64,000 nucleotides of DNA from Camelus ferus (taxonomy: Eukaryota), in assembly GCF_009834535.1 (NCBI RefSeq), contig NC_045697.1, positions 80,354,001 to 80,418,000 on the forward strand, read 5' to 3'. Under the pieces are notes generated by a model. The model had not been told where the DNA came from. It saw only the letters and a program-made list of their open reading frames with translations, and did no database searches. Positions 1-13,504 of the stretch are shown piece by piece. A program made the position numbers and the translations under genes. The stretch's first letter is position 1, and each line of letters starts with the position of its first letter.

Positions 1-1974
1 CTGCAATCTTGTCAAGTCTGATAAGGTACATGCTGTTAGTGATACATGGTTGAAGACCTACCGTATAAAAATGCCTTAAGGAAAATATACTATCATTCAG
101 TTTTGACACAAAATCAGTAGGGAATAGTATTACCCAGGACAGAGAACTCTGGATTTTAAAACAGTTTCTGAGAATTTTGAGAAAATGTATTTATTTCTTC
201 CTAGCTTTAAGGTATTTTTGGTTATTACTAACTTAATAAGATATTTTATTGCAAATGAGGTGGAAAACACAAATTTGGACCTAATGAAATAAATCCTTCA
301 CTCCTGTTCCCAATCTAATTCTAATCTTTATGCAAAATAACTCTGATCACAAATAAAATTAAAATGCTAGCCTTGAATCACTTTCATAAAGCAATAGAAG
401 TATCATTAAAGCTACATAAAGCAACAACTTATTTATCTGGCAGCATCAAGGAATGAGCTTTTATCAGTAAGTTAATTTCAAAAGTAACTCCCCCCCGCAC
501 TGTCAATGACAAAGCTTTAAAAGGTAGGGGGAATCTAATAGTCGTTGCTTTCTTGCATAGATGATGTAATTTAATCTTTTTGAAGCCACAGGTTCATCAT
601 TATTAGCTTTAGTTATTACTCTGCTATGTTTCAGGGAAGGCCTCAGAGGCTGCTGAGGTGTAAAAGCCCACAGGTCGCTGCCCTGTGATCCAGTCTGCCC
701 CCTATCTCTCCATGAGGAATCACATTGTCAGTGTAGGAGATGCCAAGGGATGGTTTGGGCAGGGTGGGGAGTTTGGCTTTCTGTCAGAATTGGTCACTTA
801 CCACCTCTCCCCAGCAGTGTGGGCACACACACACAAACACATACCCACACAGACGAGTGTAAACATACAGCCTAAGGAGACATGGCTTTGCTACACCAAG
901 AGAACTTAATTCTTCTAGCTCCCCCTCCCTTAAAACAGATCCCCAGCCCTAAAATTATCCTATACAGAAATTATGGAGGAGTCAGCCATGCGGCCCATGA
1001 AAATGCAAAGTTTAAAATCCAGCTCCACCATTAATTTTTGTTCTGCTGGCCTCCTGCTTCCCAGCTTAAGCCGCTGCCTTCCTGCTCCTGTCTCCTGGGT
1101 TCTCCCTTGGCCCTAGGCTCTAGTGTGAGATCAATGCCTCAGAGCCACCTTTTTTAAGCTGCTTCTCTGGCTTCTGCACTGCAACCAGCCCCACTTGATT
1201 CTCAACTTTTTTCACATTTGTTGGGCTTCTAAGAAACTACACTTTAAAGCAAGAAGCTCCCCTGTTCCCCATCTAAAACCAAAGCTGGCTGGTTATTCAT
1301 TCTCAGAAGAGGGAAGAGTAAACAAAATAGACCTAAACTACCGCACATTTGTTGTCTGTTGCTGTGGTTGTTTATTATGCCTTTTCTATTCTTCATACTT
1401 TTTTTTTCTTCTTTTTTTGCTGCTTTGAGTTTCTCCAGCAAGGATATAAAAATATACAATAATCACAGCCTGCCAGTGAGAACCTAAAGTGATCTCTGAA
1501 TAAAAGGCACAGTCTTTAGTGTACAGATTCTAGAGCACTATAATATGGCTACCTATATAGAGATCCTACTCCTGCAGGTTTTGGGATTACATTCTGAACA
1601 CATTTTTCTTCTTAGAAAAATTACTTTTAGCTGAATGAGGCCTTTCTCTGGTAGGAATATAACTTCTGTCCATTTAAAGTAGGTCACATTTAAAACCAGA
1701 TTATGAGTTAGAAGGAACTATTTAAAGGTTCACTTCATTACAGACCTGAGCATGATATGTATGGATTTAAAGCTATCATATTCATTTAACAAAAGGTTCT
1801 TTAAATTAATAAATATTATACTTTCACTTTACCCATTTATTTTGAACTATGTTTAATCCATACCATAAAACTGATTCTTTAAACTATGTATTTGACCCAG
1901 ATTCTTCCTGACATCTGGTGTTGGTCACTCTCCATTATTCTGCTGCCCACTAATATCCTGGAGGGATGGCGATA

Positions 1975-2165
1975 TCTCAGGTTTTGGAGCGGAGCAGACA
2001 AGAGTTGCTATCTGGTTCCACCAGTTACTATTAGCTAGGTGTCAAAGTTCCTTGACCTCTCAAAAGATTCTTCTATAAAATGAACATAAGCTACCTAGCA
2101 CCAGGCACTGTACCTGGAACAAAGTATAAAATCAATAAATTGTAATCAATATCATCATTATTGTT
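1975..2165 (+). mobile_element. MIR SINE, degraded
   Basis: MIR-like order of motifs: ttggagc..agac, ccagttacta, cttgacctct, ctataaaatg, cctggaaca..tcaataaat. Confidence 0.55.
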
Positions 2166-3487
2166 ACTAAAAATCTGTTCAACTTTAAAAGAACTAGATC
2201 TGTAAAACATACATTAAAAAGTGTATCAATTCCATCAAGTATTACTCATTTTATATGCACTATAATATATTATGAAAACATATTTTCCATAAAATCATAT
2301 GATTATATTATTCAGGCCTTTGATAACTGAAATAGTGGGGAAATCACTGATTATCAGTGGTCAGAAAGAGACAAAATCAGTATAGTAAAATCTGGACAAA
2401 AACTCGTAGTTATTCAATTCTATGGTACACTCTAAATAGCTCAGAAATAAGAATACAGAAAAATTTTTATCTAAATGAAAAACCTTCAAATTAACCAGTT
2501 ATATACAAACTAGTGATACTCTTTTATTCATCATTTCACATATCCAAAATAAATGCCATTCTGATAGATAAATTATCATATAATATTGTTTAAGAGGGAG
2601 CTGGCAGATAATATATTTCGCATACTTCCTAGATCTGTAAAGGAATAAGCAGTGAAACTTGATGTCACCATTCTTATGTTGTCCTACAGGAGAAATATCT
2701 TCTCTCTTCCACCACAATAATGGCATTCACTAAGACACATGACATTATATCTTCTATGAAAATAATGCTTTAAATAAAATTACGCAAATGTAAAACAAAA
2801 TCCCTATCTTATAAGGCTCCTGGTTCCGCAGCAATTTAAACAAGAATACAATGTTATAGACCTTTTAAAATTGTAAACAATAGTAAACATTAATTTACAT
2901 AAAATACTTCCATAAAACTGTTTGTTTAGTATCTGATTATATAGAATATCTACATAGCTACCAAAAATGGAGTGAGGAGATGGGAACACTGTTCAGACCT
3001 AACAGAAGTCTTAGGACATCTCTTGGCCCCTCACTAGCTCTCATTGAGGGGCTAAGGAATTTGAACTGAGCTGGTATCCTTTGAAAGAGGGAGCAGGAGC
3101 ATAACTGTGTAGAGCACAGGCACAGAGCACTGGAAATGAGAATGTTGCTTTCCTCTAGTTGATAAAGGGAGATGGGCAGAAAGCCTTGCTTATGGCCCTT
3201 GTAGCAACAGGTGACCTTAGCCAGCTCTCCTTCTGGGTCTACAGCCCCTGATGGCATTGCTGTCTCCCTTTCAGAGGGGTGCCTCTGCCTGCCTGAGTAT
3301 CTATCATTCTGCCAATGATATCAGTCACTATAGGTTCTAGAGAAGGAAACCAGTACTATGAGGGTCCGCAGAGGATTCCATCATGAGGAGCAAACCAGGA
3401 AGCATAAGAACAGGAGGGAGGTATCCAGAACAGGCAGATAGCCAAGACAAGTCCCTGCAGTTGACCATGGTCAAGACTTGTCCACAG

Positions 3488-4736
3488 CAAGACACTATAA
3501 ACATCTTAGGAGAAAACACAAGCAAAACATTATCTGATATAAACATCAGCAATGCTCTCCTAGGGCAGTCTACCCAGGCAATAGAAATAAAAGCAAAAAT
3601 AAACAAATGGGCCCTAATTAAACTTGTAAGCTTTTGTACAGCAAAGGAAACCATAAACAAAAAGACAACCTACGAAATGGAAGAAAATATTTGTGAAAGG
3701 TGAGAATGGCAAGGGCTTAATTCCCAGAATATATAAATAGCTCATACAACTTAATAACAAAAAAACAAACAACCCAATCCAAAAATGGGCAGAAGACCTA
3801 AACAAGCAATTCTTCAATGAAGACATACAAATGGCCAATAGGCACATGAAAAAAATGCTCAATATCGCTAATTATCAGAGAAATGCAGATCAAAACTACA
3901 ATGAGGAATCACCTCACACCATTCAGAATGACCATGATTCAAAAGTCCACAAATGATAAATTCTGGAGAGACTGTGGAGAAAAGGGAACCCTCTTACACT
4001 GTTGGCAGGAATGTAGTTTGGTGCAGCCATTATGGAAAACAGTATGGAGATTCCTGAAAAAACTAAAAATAGACTTACGATATGATCCAGCAATCTCACT
4101 GGCATATATCCAGAGGGAACCTTAAGTCAAAAAGATACATGCACCCCAATGTTCATAGCAGCACTATATACAATAGCCAAGACATGGAAACAACCTAAAA
4201 GTTCATCAACAGATGACAGGATAAAGAAGCTGTGGTATATTTATACAGCAGAATACTACTCAGCCATAAAAAAGAATAATGCCATTTGCAGCAACATGGA
4301 TGGATTTTACCCATCCATGGAGATCATCATTCTAAGAGAAGTAAGCCAGAAAGAGAAAGAAAAATACCATATTATATCACTTATATGTGGAATCAAAAAA
4401 AAAAAAAAAGACAAATGAACTTATTTACAAAACAGACACAGACTCACAGACATAGAAAACAAACTTACAGTTACCAGGAGGGGAAGGATGTGGGAAGGGT
4501 TAAATTGGGAGTTTGAGATTTGCAGATACTAATATATATATAAAAACAACAAGTTTATACTGTATAGCACAGGGAACTATACTCCATATCTTGCAGTAAC
4601 TTGTGAAAAAGAATATGAAAATGAATATATGCATGTTCACATATGACTGAAGCATTATGCTGTACACCAGAAACCGACAACAACATTGTAAACTGACTGT
4701 ACTTCAATAAAAACACACACACACATACACACACAA
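3488..4736 (+). mobile_element. 5'-truncated young LINE-1 (camelid-type), ORF2 C-terminus + 3'UTR, 15-bp TSD
   Basis: Frameshifted ORF2 peptides ([69 protein letters not shown]), AATAAA then (CA)n/A tail; flanks aagacttgtccacag 3473-3487 and aagaattgtccacag 4737-4751 (14/15). Confidence 0.95.
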
Positions 4737-5642
4737 AAGAATTGTCCACAGAAGGAAAGCAAAACTTTCCAAGATGACATTTAGAACACAAGGTGTCAGA
4801 CTGAAGAGTTCACACAGAATAGATGTCTGTCAATAGTGCCATTTTAAACTATTATGTCTTAAGTGATTGTTAATAGAAAAAACAAATCCTTATAGGAGTA
4901 ATTTATGATGCTATTAGATGGTGCATATTAAGAATTAAAGATATTTCCATTTATCTATATCTTTATGTTAAGTGTACATCAATAATTTAATCCATACAAA
5001 TTTTTTAAAATAGTCTAATTATACTCCTGTAAAGAGGTGTGAGATAAATTTTGTATAATATGTCATTCTGCCCTCTGTCTCCACAATTTGTTCTATACTC
5101 CTCTTTCCAGGTGTTAATTTTACTTGTTTTGGAAAGATTTGCCAGAGTTTTCTTTCCTGATTAAGCAAAATAGAGCCAAATTACTTGAGACATGTATTAA
5201 TCTCTCAAACTGACTACCTAGAGACTAAAAGGACCCAGTACGGAAACAAAGCATATACAATCCACTCTTGACCATTTGATTCCAGTGGCCCAGATGGTTT
5301 ATGGCAGTTGCGTAGTAACACAAGAGAGCATGTACTTCAGTGACTTGCTATTATTTTTAGCTTTTCTTATTGTGGTAAACAAATTTTGCTGTTCTTAAAT
5401 ATGTTTTTCTAATAATCAGTACACACAATTTATTCAAAATGTGAAAAATATAAAATGTTTATGTAGTTTTTCACAGGAAATTTTTCCTGTGTAGTTTAAT
5501 ATTAAAAATAGAAATGAAAGAGTAACTTCGGATAATAATTTAGAAGAATGTAGGAAAGAGATGTAAGAAATACGGACTTTTATGGTTCCTCTAAGCATCT
5601 GGAACACTCAGTCATCCATTTTTTCTGTGAATGAGTTGCCCT

Positions 5643-6309
5643 CAGAGGTAACTGCGAAGCTAACTTCAGGCCCTTCCAGAGGCACAGGCCACTGAAAGGA
5701 TCTCAGCTATATAAGCATGTGTTTTCATAAAATGTGCAAATCTAGATATTTTAACACCATCAGTTACAATCATTATTTTTTCCCCACTCCCTCTTCCCCT
5801 CTGTCACACTTCCCCTCTGCTGAGTGACATCGAAGTGGCCAGGAACATTTTTGAGATCTAGCTAAGGGGAAGTTTAGTTGAAAATACAGTTTTGTTTGGA
5901 TTTAATAATACATTTACCTAGTTCATAGACACTTCTTGGTACGTTTATATTTTTTTTTTCCTTTATTTTATTGCTAGTTATCTCAATGTGGGAACACTTC
6001 CGGAAGACGCCCGCAGCCCAGCCTGCCCAGAGGTGGGCCCATGATATAAACTTGTACTAGAGTTCACCCCACAGTGTGTGCACAGAGAAGGAAGAGCAAT
6101 GTTTATTCTTGCTATTTTTCTGAATTTTGTTGTGCTCTGCATATCTGTCAGCTTTAAAAATTTATAATTTATAATTTCTTGTGAGTATTTTCATTCTAAG
6201 TATATATTTACTTTTGTGTTTAATTTTGTATTTGTAATTTTATTTTCCTTTATTTAGAATGTCCCAAATTGCATAAGCTTCAGGGCCTACTAAACCTGGC
6301 TCCATACTC
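5643..6309. mobile_element. hAT-Tip100 DNA transposon relic (Arthur1/MER69-like)
   Basis: Starts cagagg..gaagctaacttcaggccc and ends ataagcttcagggcctactaaacctggctcc, resembling recalled Arthur1 termini. Confidence 0.6.
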
Positions 6310-7434
6310 ATTATACTTACAAAAAAACAAAACTGGAAGATACATTCTTGTTTAAATTCTAAACATAAAAAACCACACACCACTTCACAAAATGTATAAT
6401 ATTAATTTTCTTCTTTAAGTAAATAGAACTCATTTATACTACTAAAACTAGTCATTAAAAAGCCATACATATCTTATATTACATCAGTCCTGAGTGACCA
6501 ACCACAGCGAAAAGATTACCAAGTTGAATATCAGGGGGAAAAAGTGGTTTTCAGTAGAGGCTCTGCCAGAAATAAGGGCAAAAACCGGTCAATCTTACAC
6601 ATGTGAAAACTACACTTATTCCTTCCTATCCTGTGAGAATACTAGAAATTTGATATAACTTATCTTTGTATTTAGGAGGGAAAAATCCTGTTAGACATCA
6701 TAATTAACCATATTTATTATTAATATATTTATTATTTATTATTAAGCAGACATAGGCACACTGATATTTTGAAGATTAACTTATAGTCTAGCTACTCATG
6801 AACTACTAATTAAACTAGAAATTACTGGTTTTTAATAATAATAATACCCTTTGAACTGAAAAGGAATGAAACTATCATTTGTTACAGTGTACTCCACAAG
6901 TTAAAAAATTCAAGGCATCTAAAATTCTTGCTTCTACATATTTTAATCATATATTCCTAGTTTACCACATTTCATAGATGCTTTTATTTCCTGTATGCAC
7001 ACACAAATATGAGGCTTAATGCAGCCACCTAAATGGGAAAAAAACCCCAAAACATTACTGAAACAAGATATCAAAATGAAATTGTCTTGGTTTAGCTGAA
7101 ATCCTGAAGGCTAAAAACAAAACTGTCAAGTACAGGGTGCTCAAACCAAATTCAGGGCTCGCCAAGAGGTCAGCTCAAGCCATCCCTGTCACGAGCCCAC
7201 TGCTGGTCTCCAGGTGCACAGGAGCAGGTAACAAGACACGAGGCAGAACCGGTGGACAGAGTGGTCAGAACACTCTGCCTCCCTCCTATCCAGTGCAGGG
7301 AGGGTGTTGACCCAGGGTACTGAATTAAGGACGGGAGGCGGGGCAGTCTCAGAGAAATATCAGAAGAGGTGCGTCCCTTCGAGTTTGAGGAAAAATAAGC
7401 TACCTATTTTAAACCTGACTCTAAAGCATAAAAT

Positions 7435-8195
7435 TGTGGCCGGCTAGCTGCCCTGGTATTGCAAAGCAGGGAGGTCTCTGTGATCAGGCTCTACTTCCAC
7501 CAGTGGCAAGACAAAGAGGCACATTTCCATGAAACCAGATGGCAGGCCCATAGGAGGAACTGACTGTCTTGCAAGACAATCCCCAAGAGGCCCACCTGGG
7601 GAAGCAATGTGATCCCAACAGAGGGGTGGACTGCCAGAAGCCTGGGAGCTGGAAAGGCAGTTTAAAAACATCCAGCCAGGGGAAACATGGCCATCATTAG
7701 CATAACTGTCACCAGAGGTCCCTAGAAGATGGTCCCAAAACCCACAAAAATGCCCCATGGGAGAGTCGGCAATCAAGCAACCCTCAGGTGGCAGCAGGCA
7801 GAGTAGAACTGCTCCTCTGAAATCAGACTCTCAAAGCTCCTCATGGCTCTGTCCTGAAGGGCCCCACACAGCAACCAGTGACGGGGAGAGGAAGGGAGGT
7901 GACAAAAAGTGTTGGGTATCACACCCCTTCCCTGATCCACGGAGGTTCTCAAGCTTGAGACAGGCCTGACCTGGGAGAGGGGAGAAGTTTTAAATGGTAT
8001 TACACTGGTCAGGACTTTCACATTTCTGAAATGAGACTGGTCTTGTGACTAGAAGGAACTGCCAAACTCTGAAATCTGACCAAGACGTCATCGAAAGGCA
8101 GAAGCAAGTATGTACACTGGATTTGAGGGAGAAGCTGAGAAAGGTGAGTTTCAGTGGGGTGCAAATGATCTGATTATGGTATTTTAATGTAACAG
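7435..8195 (+). mobile_element. Ancient LTR, probably Gypsy-type (MamGypLTR-like) solo LTR
   Basis: GC-richer block starting TG; purine-rich gggagaggggagaagttttaaa..ctggtcaggact segment resembles this LTR class. Confidence 0.4.
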
Positions 8196-10394
8196 TCATA
8201 GATTATAAATATCTTCTTTAACACATCTGTAATTATCTAGAATTTTGATTTACTGAATATTGTTATTTCCTTCACATCACAGTCCTCTGCTTTCAGAGTT
8301 CCATGTTCAATTCCCTTTGGAAGCAGAGCTATGAAGAGTCTAGGTAGGCAACATGAGAGCATCTCAAGTATGGTTTCAAATCACCTAAAATTTTTCTAGA
8401 TAACTTACACTTTAAGAGTGTATCATCTTACTCTTTCTGATCCTAAAATTAAAATGCATCTGAAATGCAGGATAAAATTTCCTGGACTTAAGAGAGTGAC
8501 ATTCTTAATTCATCATCATTCTAGATGTCACCCGTCATCATTCATTGGGAGTGAATATTTATCTTTTACATAGAATGCTCTGTCTCAAGTAAGTGCTACA
8601 TCATATGGAACATGTGTTTGGCACTGGCATGGCACTGCAAACTGGGCCAGCTCTAAAGCAAGAGCTTTTTGCAATCCTGTCTGGCCTAATGCCCACAGTT
8701 TACAAGGAGGCATATTAAACGCCACCTAAACTGGTTCCTCCTAAACTCTGAAAGATGTTTGCCTCTATGCGGTAAACTTTCAAGCTGTCAGGCAAAAATC
8801 TGACTTGGACTGATGTGAAGTTAATGTCCACTCCCATATGACATGAACAGACCCACAGCCCAGCTGCTAAGTGTCTGTCAATAGAGTGACACTGAAAACA
8901 ATTTCTGATTTGTGTTAATCCACAGGTATTATCAGCATCAAAGCAAGGCTGCCTAGCAGCTGTAAAGGGGGCAGGGGAAGCCCTAGGAGCTTACTGGGTT
9001 TTTTTGCATCACAGTTTAAAGAAATCAATGGCTACCTCTCCCCAGGGAATAAAATGCCAGAGGCACTAGGGAGAAACCCATACTATTTGCTCCTTAAAAC
9101 CTGAGACTCTAGGAATTCTGCCAAGTGACCTGGAAATGTGGGACCATGACCAGAGGCCACTGAACAGAGCACCCTGTTAGCTTCTTGCAGTATAATCAAA
9201 TATGCAGCTAAGCTCCACCCTGCGTACTCCACCCTTGACAACTCACCTATCTCCTACACAGTAAACCTTTCTTCCTTCTCACATAGCCTAATTATTCCTG
9301 ACTTGTTTGTCCCCATCCTAATATTATTTTTAAAAATCCTATTGTAAAAATGATAAATTTCAACTAGAAAAATATATATACATACATGTGTTTTATATAT
9401 ACCCACATATGACACATTTCAGCTAAAAGAAATATCATTTAAAACTCCACTATCGGATATACCATTATTTACATTTTGATGCAGGGCTTCCTAGTCTTTT
9501 TCTTTGTATATATATAACATATTCCTTTTGGCTTTAAAAATCAGAGTTTATACACTTTTGTAAACTGTCTAAATTCCTCAAGCAATTGCTTGGTACAGAC
9601 TGGTAGCGACTGGCTGGTAACATGAATGATAAAAGCTTACAAGCCAGAATATGGGGAGAGGGAATACCCCTTCCAGAAAAATATATCCCAGTCACCCCAG
9701 AGAATGCCCCTCTGTGCAGTCTCTGTCAAAACGATGTGACTAACTGGCTCCTGAAAATATCTGCATAAATGGTCAAGTTCTCATGGAATCAGAGGAGAAT
9801 TACTCTGATTAAAAAGTTCACTTCAAAAGAAAAAACATGAGACTGCTATGTAAATAATGTACATGCAAAGGTTAATACAGTCAGAGTCACACGAAGCCAT
9901 GGAAGTTTATAAAATGTGTAGGCTTATATGAAAATAAAAAACATGAAATCTACCATCTAAAATAGCTGTTGTTTACTTCATTCATAATTTATCACTATGC
10001 TTTTATTCATTGATGTCTGCCATTTGTCTTTTGGTAAGCCAAGAAGATCTATACAGCAATTCTTTTGATCTGTGTGATTAAGACACAATTCCTGTCGTCT
10101 TGGAATTTGCAACCCAGATGGAGAGACTCCTTCAGCTCTGATTTTGATATATCTATATACTGGCCAAAATATAATGAAAATATTGGGGAAATATCACTCA
10201 AAATCCAGGCTCTTTCTTCACACAAACCATTCAAATCTCATGAAATGTTTATTTGGCTTAAGCGGTTCTCCCTCCTCCCCCCATTGGTTCCCTCTACCCC
10301 AACCATTCTGTCTACTTTATTTATTAAAGACTTGGCATCACGCCAGTCTCTACTTCCCCCAAAGCTTGCCAACATGCAGGGCTACTTCAACAAA

Positions 10395-10870
10395 CACATG
10401 GTTCCTTGACCACCTCCACCCAATGACCTTCGCCTCCACTCCATTTCAGTCACCATCCTGCAGTCATTCCTTGACACGTGATCATCCTCCCCCAGAATCA
10501 GAAAGTTAAAGATCCTGATTAACCACGAACTGTTCACTCTCCAAACTGCTCCTTCAACATTTCCCAGGTAACTGCTTTCAAACCATCAGGACCACCAGTG
10601 CACTGACTCCTCCACTTCCCTAATCCATTATTTACTTCCCTCCACATCCCTATGCACTCTACTCCAGCCATACTGGCTGGCCTTCTCTGAGTTCCTCAAA
10701 TGTGCCGTGGATTCTCCTGCTCAGAACCTTTGTGCACGCTACCCCTACTGCCAAAATACTCACATCACCTCTCGTTGATTTCTATCTACTTACTCTCCAT
10801 ATTCTAAAACAAGCATTTCTCTTCAAGGAAGCCATTTCTAACATGCTGAAATCCCCTATTACTGCTCACA
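10395..10870 (+). mobile_element. L2 LINE fragment
   Basis: Pyrimidine-rich L2 motifs: tactccagccatactgg..ttcctcaaat, acctttgtgcacgct, ctcttcaaggaagccatttct. Confidence 0.6.
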
Positions 10871-11116
10871 CATGGCAAAAACTCCCACTTCACAGTTACA
10901 ACTAAATAAAAAATCACAAATATCACAAGAGGTACAAGGCTAACCTGGTCAGTCAATCCAGAGGCTGCTATAAGAGTCAGACAAGACAAAACCATCTGAG
11001 TAAGAAAACCCTGGATGAGAACTGAGCCTAGATTCTAGAAAATGCAGTGCTTGCTGGATTGAGAAAGATGAGATGATTCATTAGATCATAAGAAAGCTAA
11101 AATCAAGTTAATTATT

Positions 11117-11175
11117 CTATATATATATATAGACATACATATGTATATGTACACACACATATATATACATATATG
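11117..11175. repeat. Compound (TA)n/(CA)n microsatellite
   Basis: tatatatatatatagacatacatatgtatatgtacacacacatatatatacatatatg. Confidence 0.85.
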
Positions 11176-11984
11176 AACTATAGGCCCTAAATTAAGGAGA
11201 GTAATCACTCAAATAAAAATAGCCCCATGTATACAGAGAAAAAAGTGGCTTTCCATGGTGGCAGAATACATGCAAATCTAAAGGGGATCTCTTACTAGTG
11301 TTAGGTAGAAAATAAGGATAAATATGCATACAAGAGTATCTAGCAGTATCTTGATTCAAGCTTCAAAGATCATCCAGAGCTGTTTTTTTTAAACTACTAT
11401 GCAAATAAGAGCTAACTGACAGACCAACTGTCATGAAAGCAAAGATTTTTAAAAGCTGTGGTAAAATTTCAAACAAATGGAATCTTTTATAATTTGATAG
11501 TTCTGGTCAGCTGAAAATCAGGTTACCTGAGGGTTAAATAAAAGAAACTCTTTTTGTCTGAGTTGTCATTACAAAGTACGCTATGTTAAGGCAAATTCCC
11601 CTTTTAATAAAGAAGGGTCCTGTGAGGGAGCTGCTTTAATGCAGAGGCACCAGGTGGATCAGAGTGCTCTCCTGCAGGCTTTGGTGGGACCCTGGGCAAC
11701 TTCCTCCTCCTCACTGAACACCAGTTCCCCTGGCTGTAAGAGGAAGAATCACGGTACCACAGGACACATGCAAGACTGCAAGGCCTCTTAGCCACCTATC
11801 CTCCTCGTGACATCAGTGGGCTAGACAAAGATCTTTTCCATTTCTGAGAGTCCATCTATACTTAATTCTGGGATTCTTTCCTGTTTGTCTGTGGTTTGGG
11901 TTTGTTTTTTGTTCCAGGATTCTTAAAGGTCTAGGTGGAGGCAAAGTACATGGAGCCCAAAAGTATTTCTCTATCATGATACTT

Positions 11985-12295
11985 TTAAAAATTTATTCAA
12001 GTAGAAAATACAAACAGAAAATGACATAAACCCTAAGTATATTGTGCAATGATGTTTCCCAGAATGAACACACTCATGCAACCAGCACCTAGATCAAGAA
12101 ACCAGCACCTAGATTATCAACACCTGGAAGCCTGTCACACTCCCAGACCCCACCTCCCAGGCCAGAGTAACCACTATCCTGACTTCGAATCACATAGATT
12201 TAGTGTGTTTCTGTACTTCACAGAAAAGGGATAATACAGTATGCACTGTGCTTTGGTTTTATTTCATCCCTGGAACACATTCCATTCACGTAATA
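11985..12295 (-). mobile_element. Old L1 (L1ME/L1MC-like) 3' fragment
   Basis: gtaaccactatcctgact, gtatgcact..ttttatttca and accagcacctagatcaagaaa resemble antisense L1M 3' ends. Confidence 0.65.
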
Positions 12296-13504
12296 CTGCT
12301 CTGGGGTGTGGTGTTAGCAATATCATTAAGAGCTGAAAATTTGTTAAAATAGATGAATGGCAGATTAAAAAACAAATAGGGAAGTATAAAAATTTGTTAA
12401 TGCTAAAGAGCTAATTAAACTTTCAAGGGCTTGGTGTAACTGATATAATTTACTTTCTCACCACAACATAAATAAATAGTGGATAAAACCAAAAGCAACT
12501 TACATTTACTACACATGCACAAACACGCCATTCTGATACACGCTATTCTTTTTTAAATGCTTGCTTCTCCCCAGCTCCTCTTCTTTTAACTCTTCTCTAG
12601 ATGTCTGCCATACAGACTAGTCATATATTTCCCAGTCTCTGCTTTTCTGCTCTAAGTTAACAAATCAACAACCGTCTGTTAAAAACACAGAGAGGTACTA
12701 AGACATACCCCTTAATCACAGAGAGGGAGAAGTCAAAATTTTAAAAACTTACATTGAGTTTTGACATCTCTCATTTCAAAATAGAAAAAAAAAATTAAGG
12801 CAAATCTCTAAATGCAAATCTGAAATTAAAGCACAAGCAAGGAAACACCAACCTTCCATTACAATATAAAATCAAATTTCTTAGAAACATTCAGCATACA
12901 TTCATTACAATGAGATCAATTTCATAGTAGCTGTCAGACTCACTTTTTTTTTTTAAGGCCAATATAATGATATCTAAACCATTTAGGAAAGAATTCAGGA
13001 AACAGAGAGAAGGAAGAAAGAAAAGGAAGGCCTCATACTCAAAATGATGTATTTGAAAATCAGCTAAAGAACACTTTAAAATATGTATCTTTAAGGCATA
13101 CTGGGAAAAGCTGATATATTTGGTGTTTGTTTCTTTGCAAAGACTGTTAATAGTCAATTACACAAAAAGGGTAAGGAAGATGTATTTAGAGGTAAAGAAC
13201 AGTGATTTAAAAAACAACTTACTGCAAATGCCACCAATAGAAATAAGAACTTTACCTGTCAAAGGCTTCATTCATGCCCAGTGAAAAATTTTATATAGTT
13301 ATCCTATATGAAAATTCTATCACAAACCCAACAGTGACTGAACTTTTCCTTCTTGGATGTGCTTTGTTTTAATCTGTAAATACTATTTTCAAAAATAATA
13401 AATTACAGAGTATAACACAAGCTTATTAAGTCTATTCATTTGCAGCTTGAAGAATTCCCTTGTACCAGTGTTGTTTTCAGATAATGTTTAAGTGCTTCTC
13501 ACTA

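Noticed and set aside
3337..4791. Overlapping ORFs as a functional retroelement or gene
   Set aside because: 5'-truncated, frameshifted L1 ORF2 end and its antisense shadows; lacks endonuclease and RT domains
7780..7796. CTCF site (ccctcaggtggcagc)
   Set aside because: Mismatches in the 5' core; single weak hit inside a putative LTR
13256..13373. Minus-strand exon (tttacag|ATT ... CAG|gtaaag)
   Set aside because: Stops in all frames and weak polypyrimidine tract
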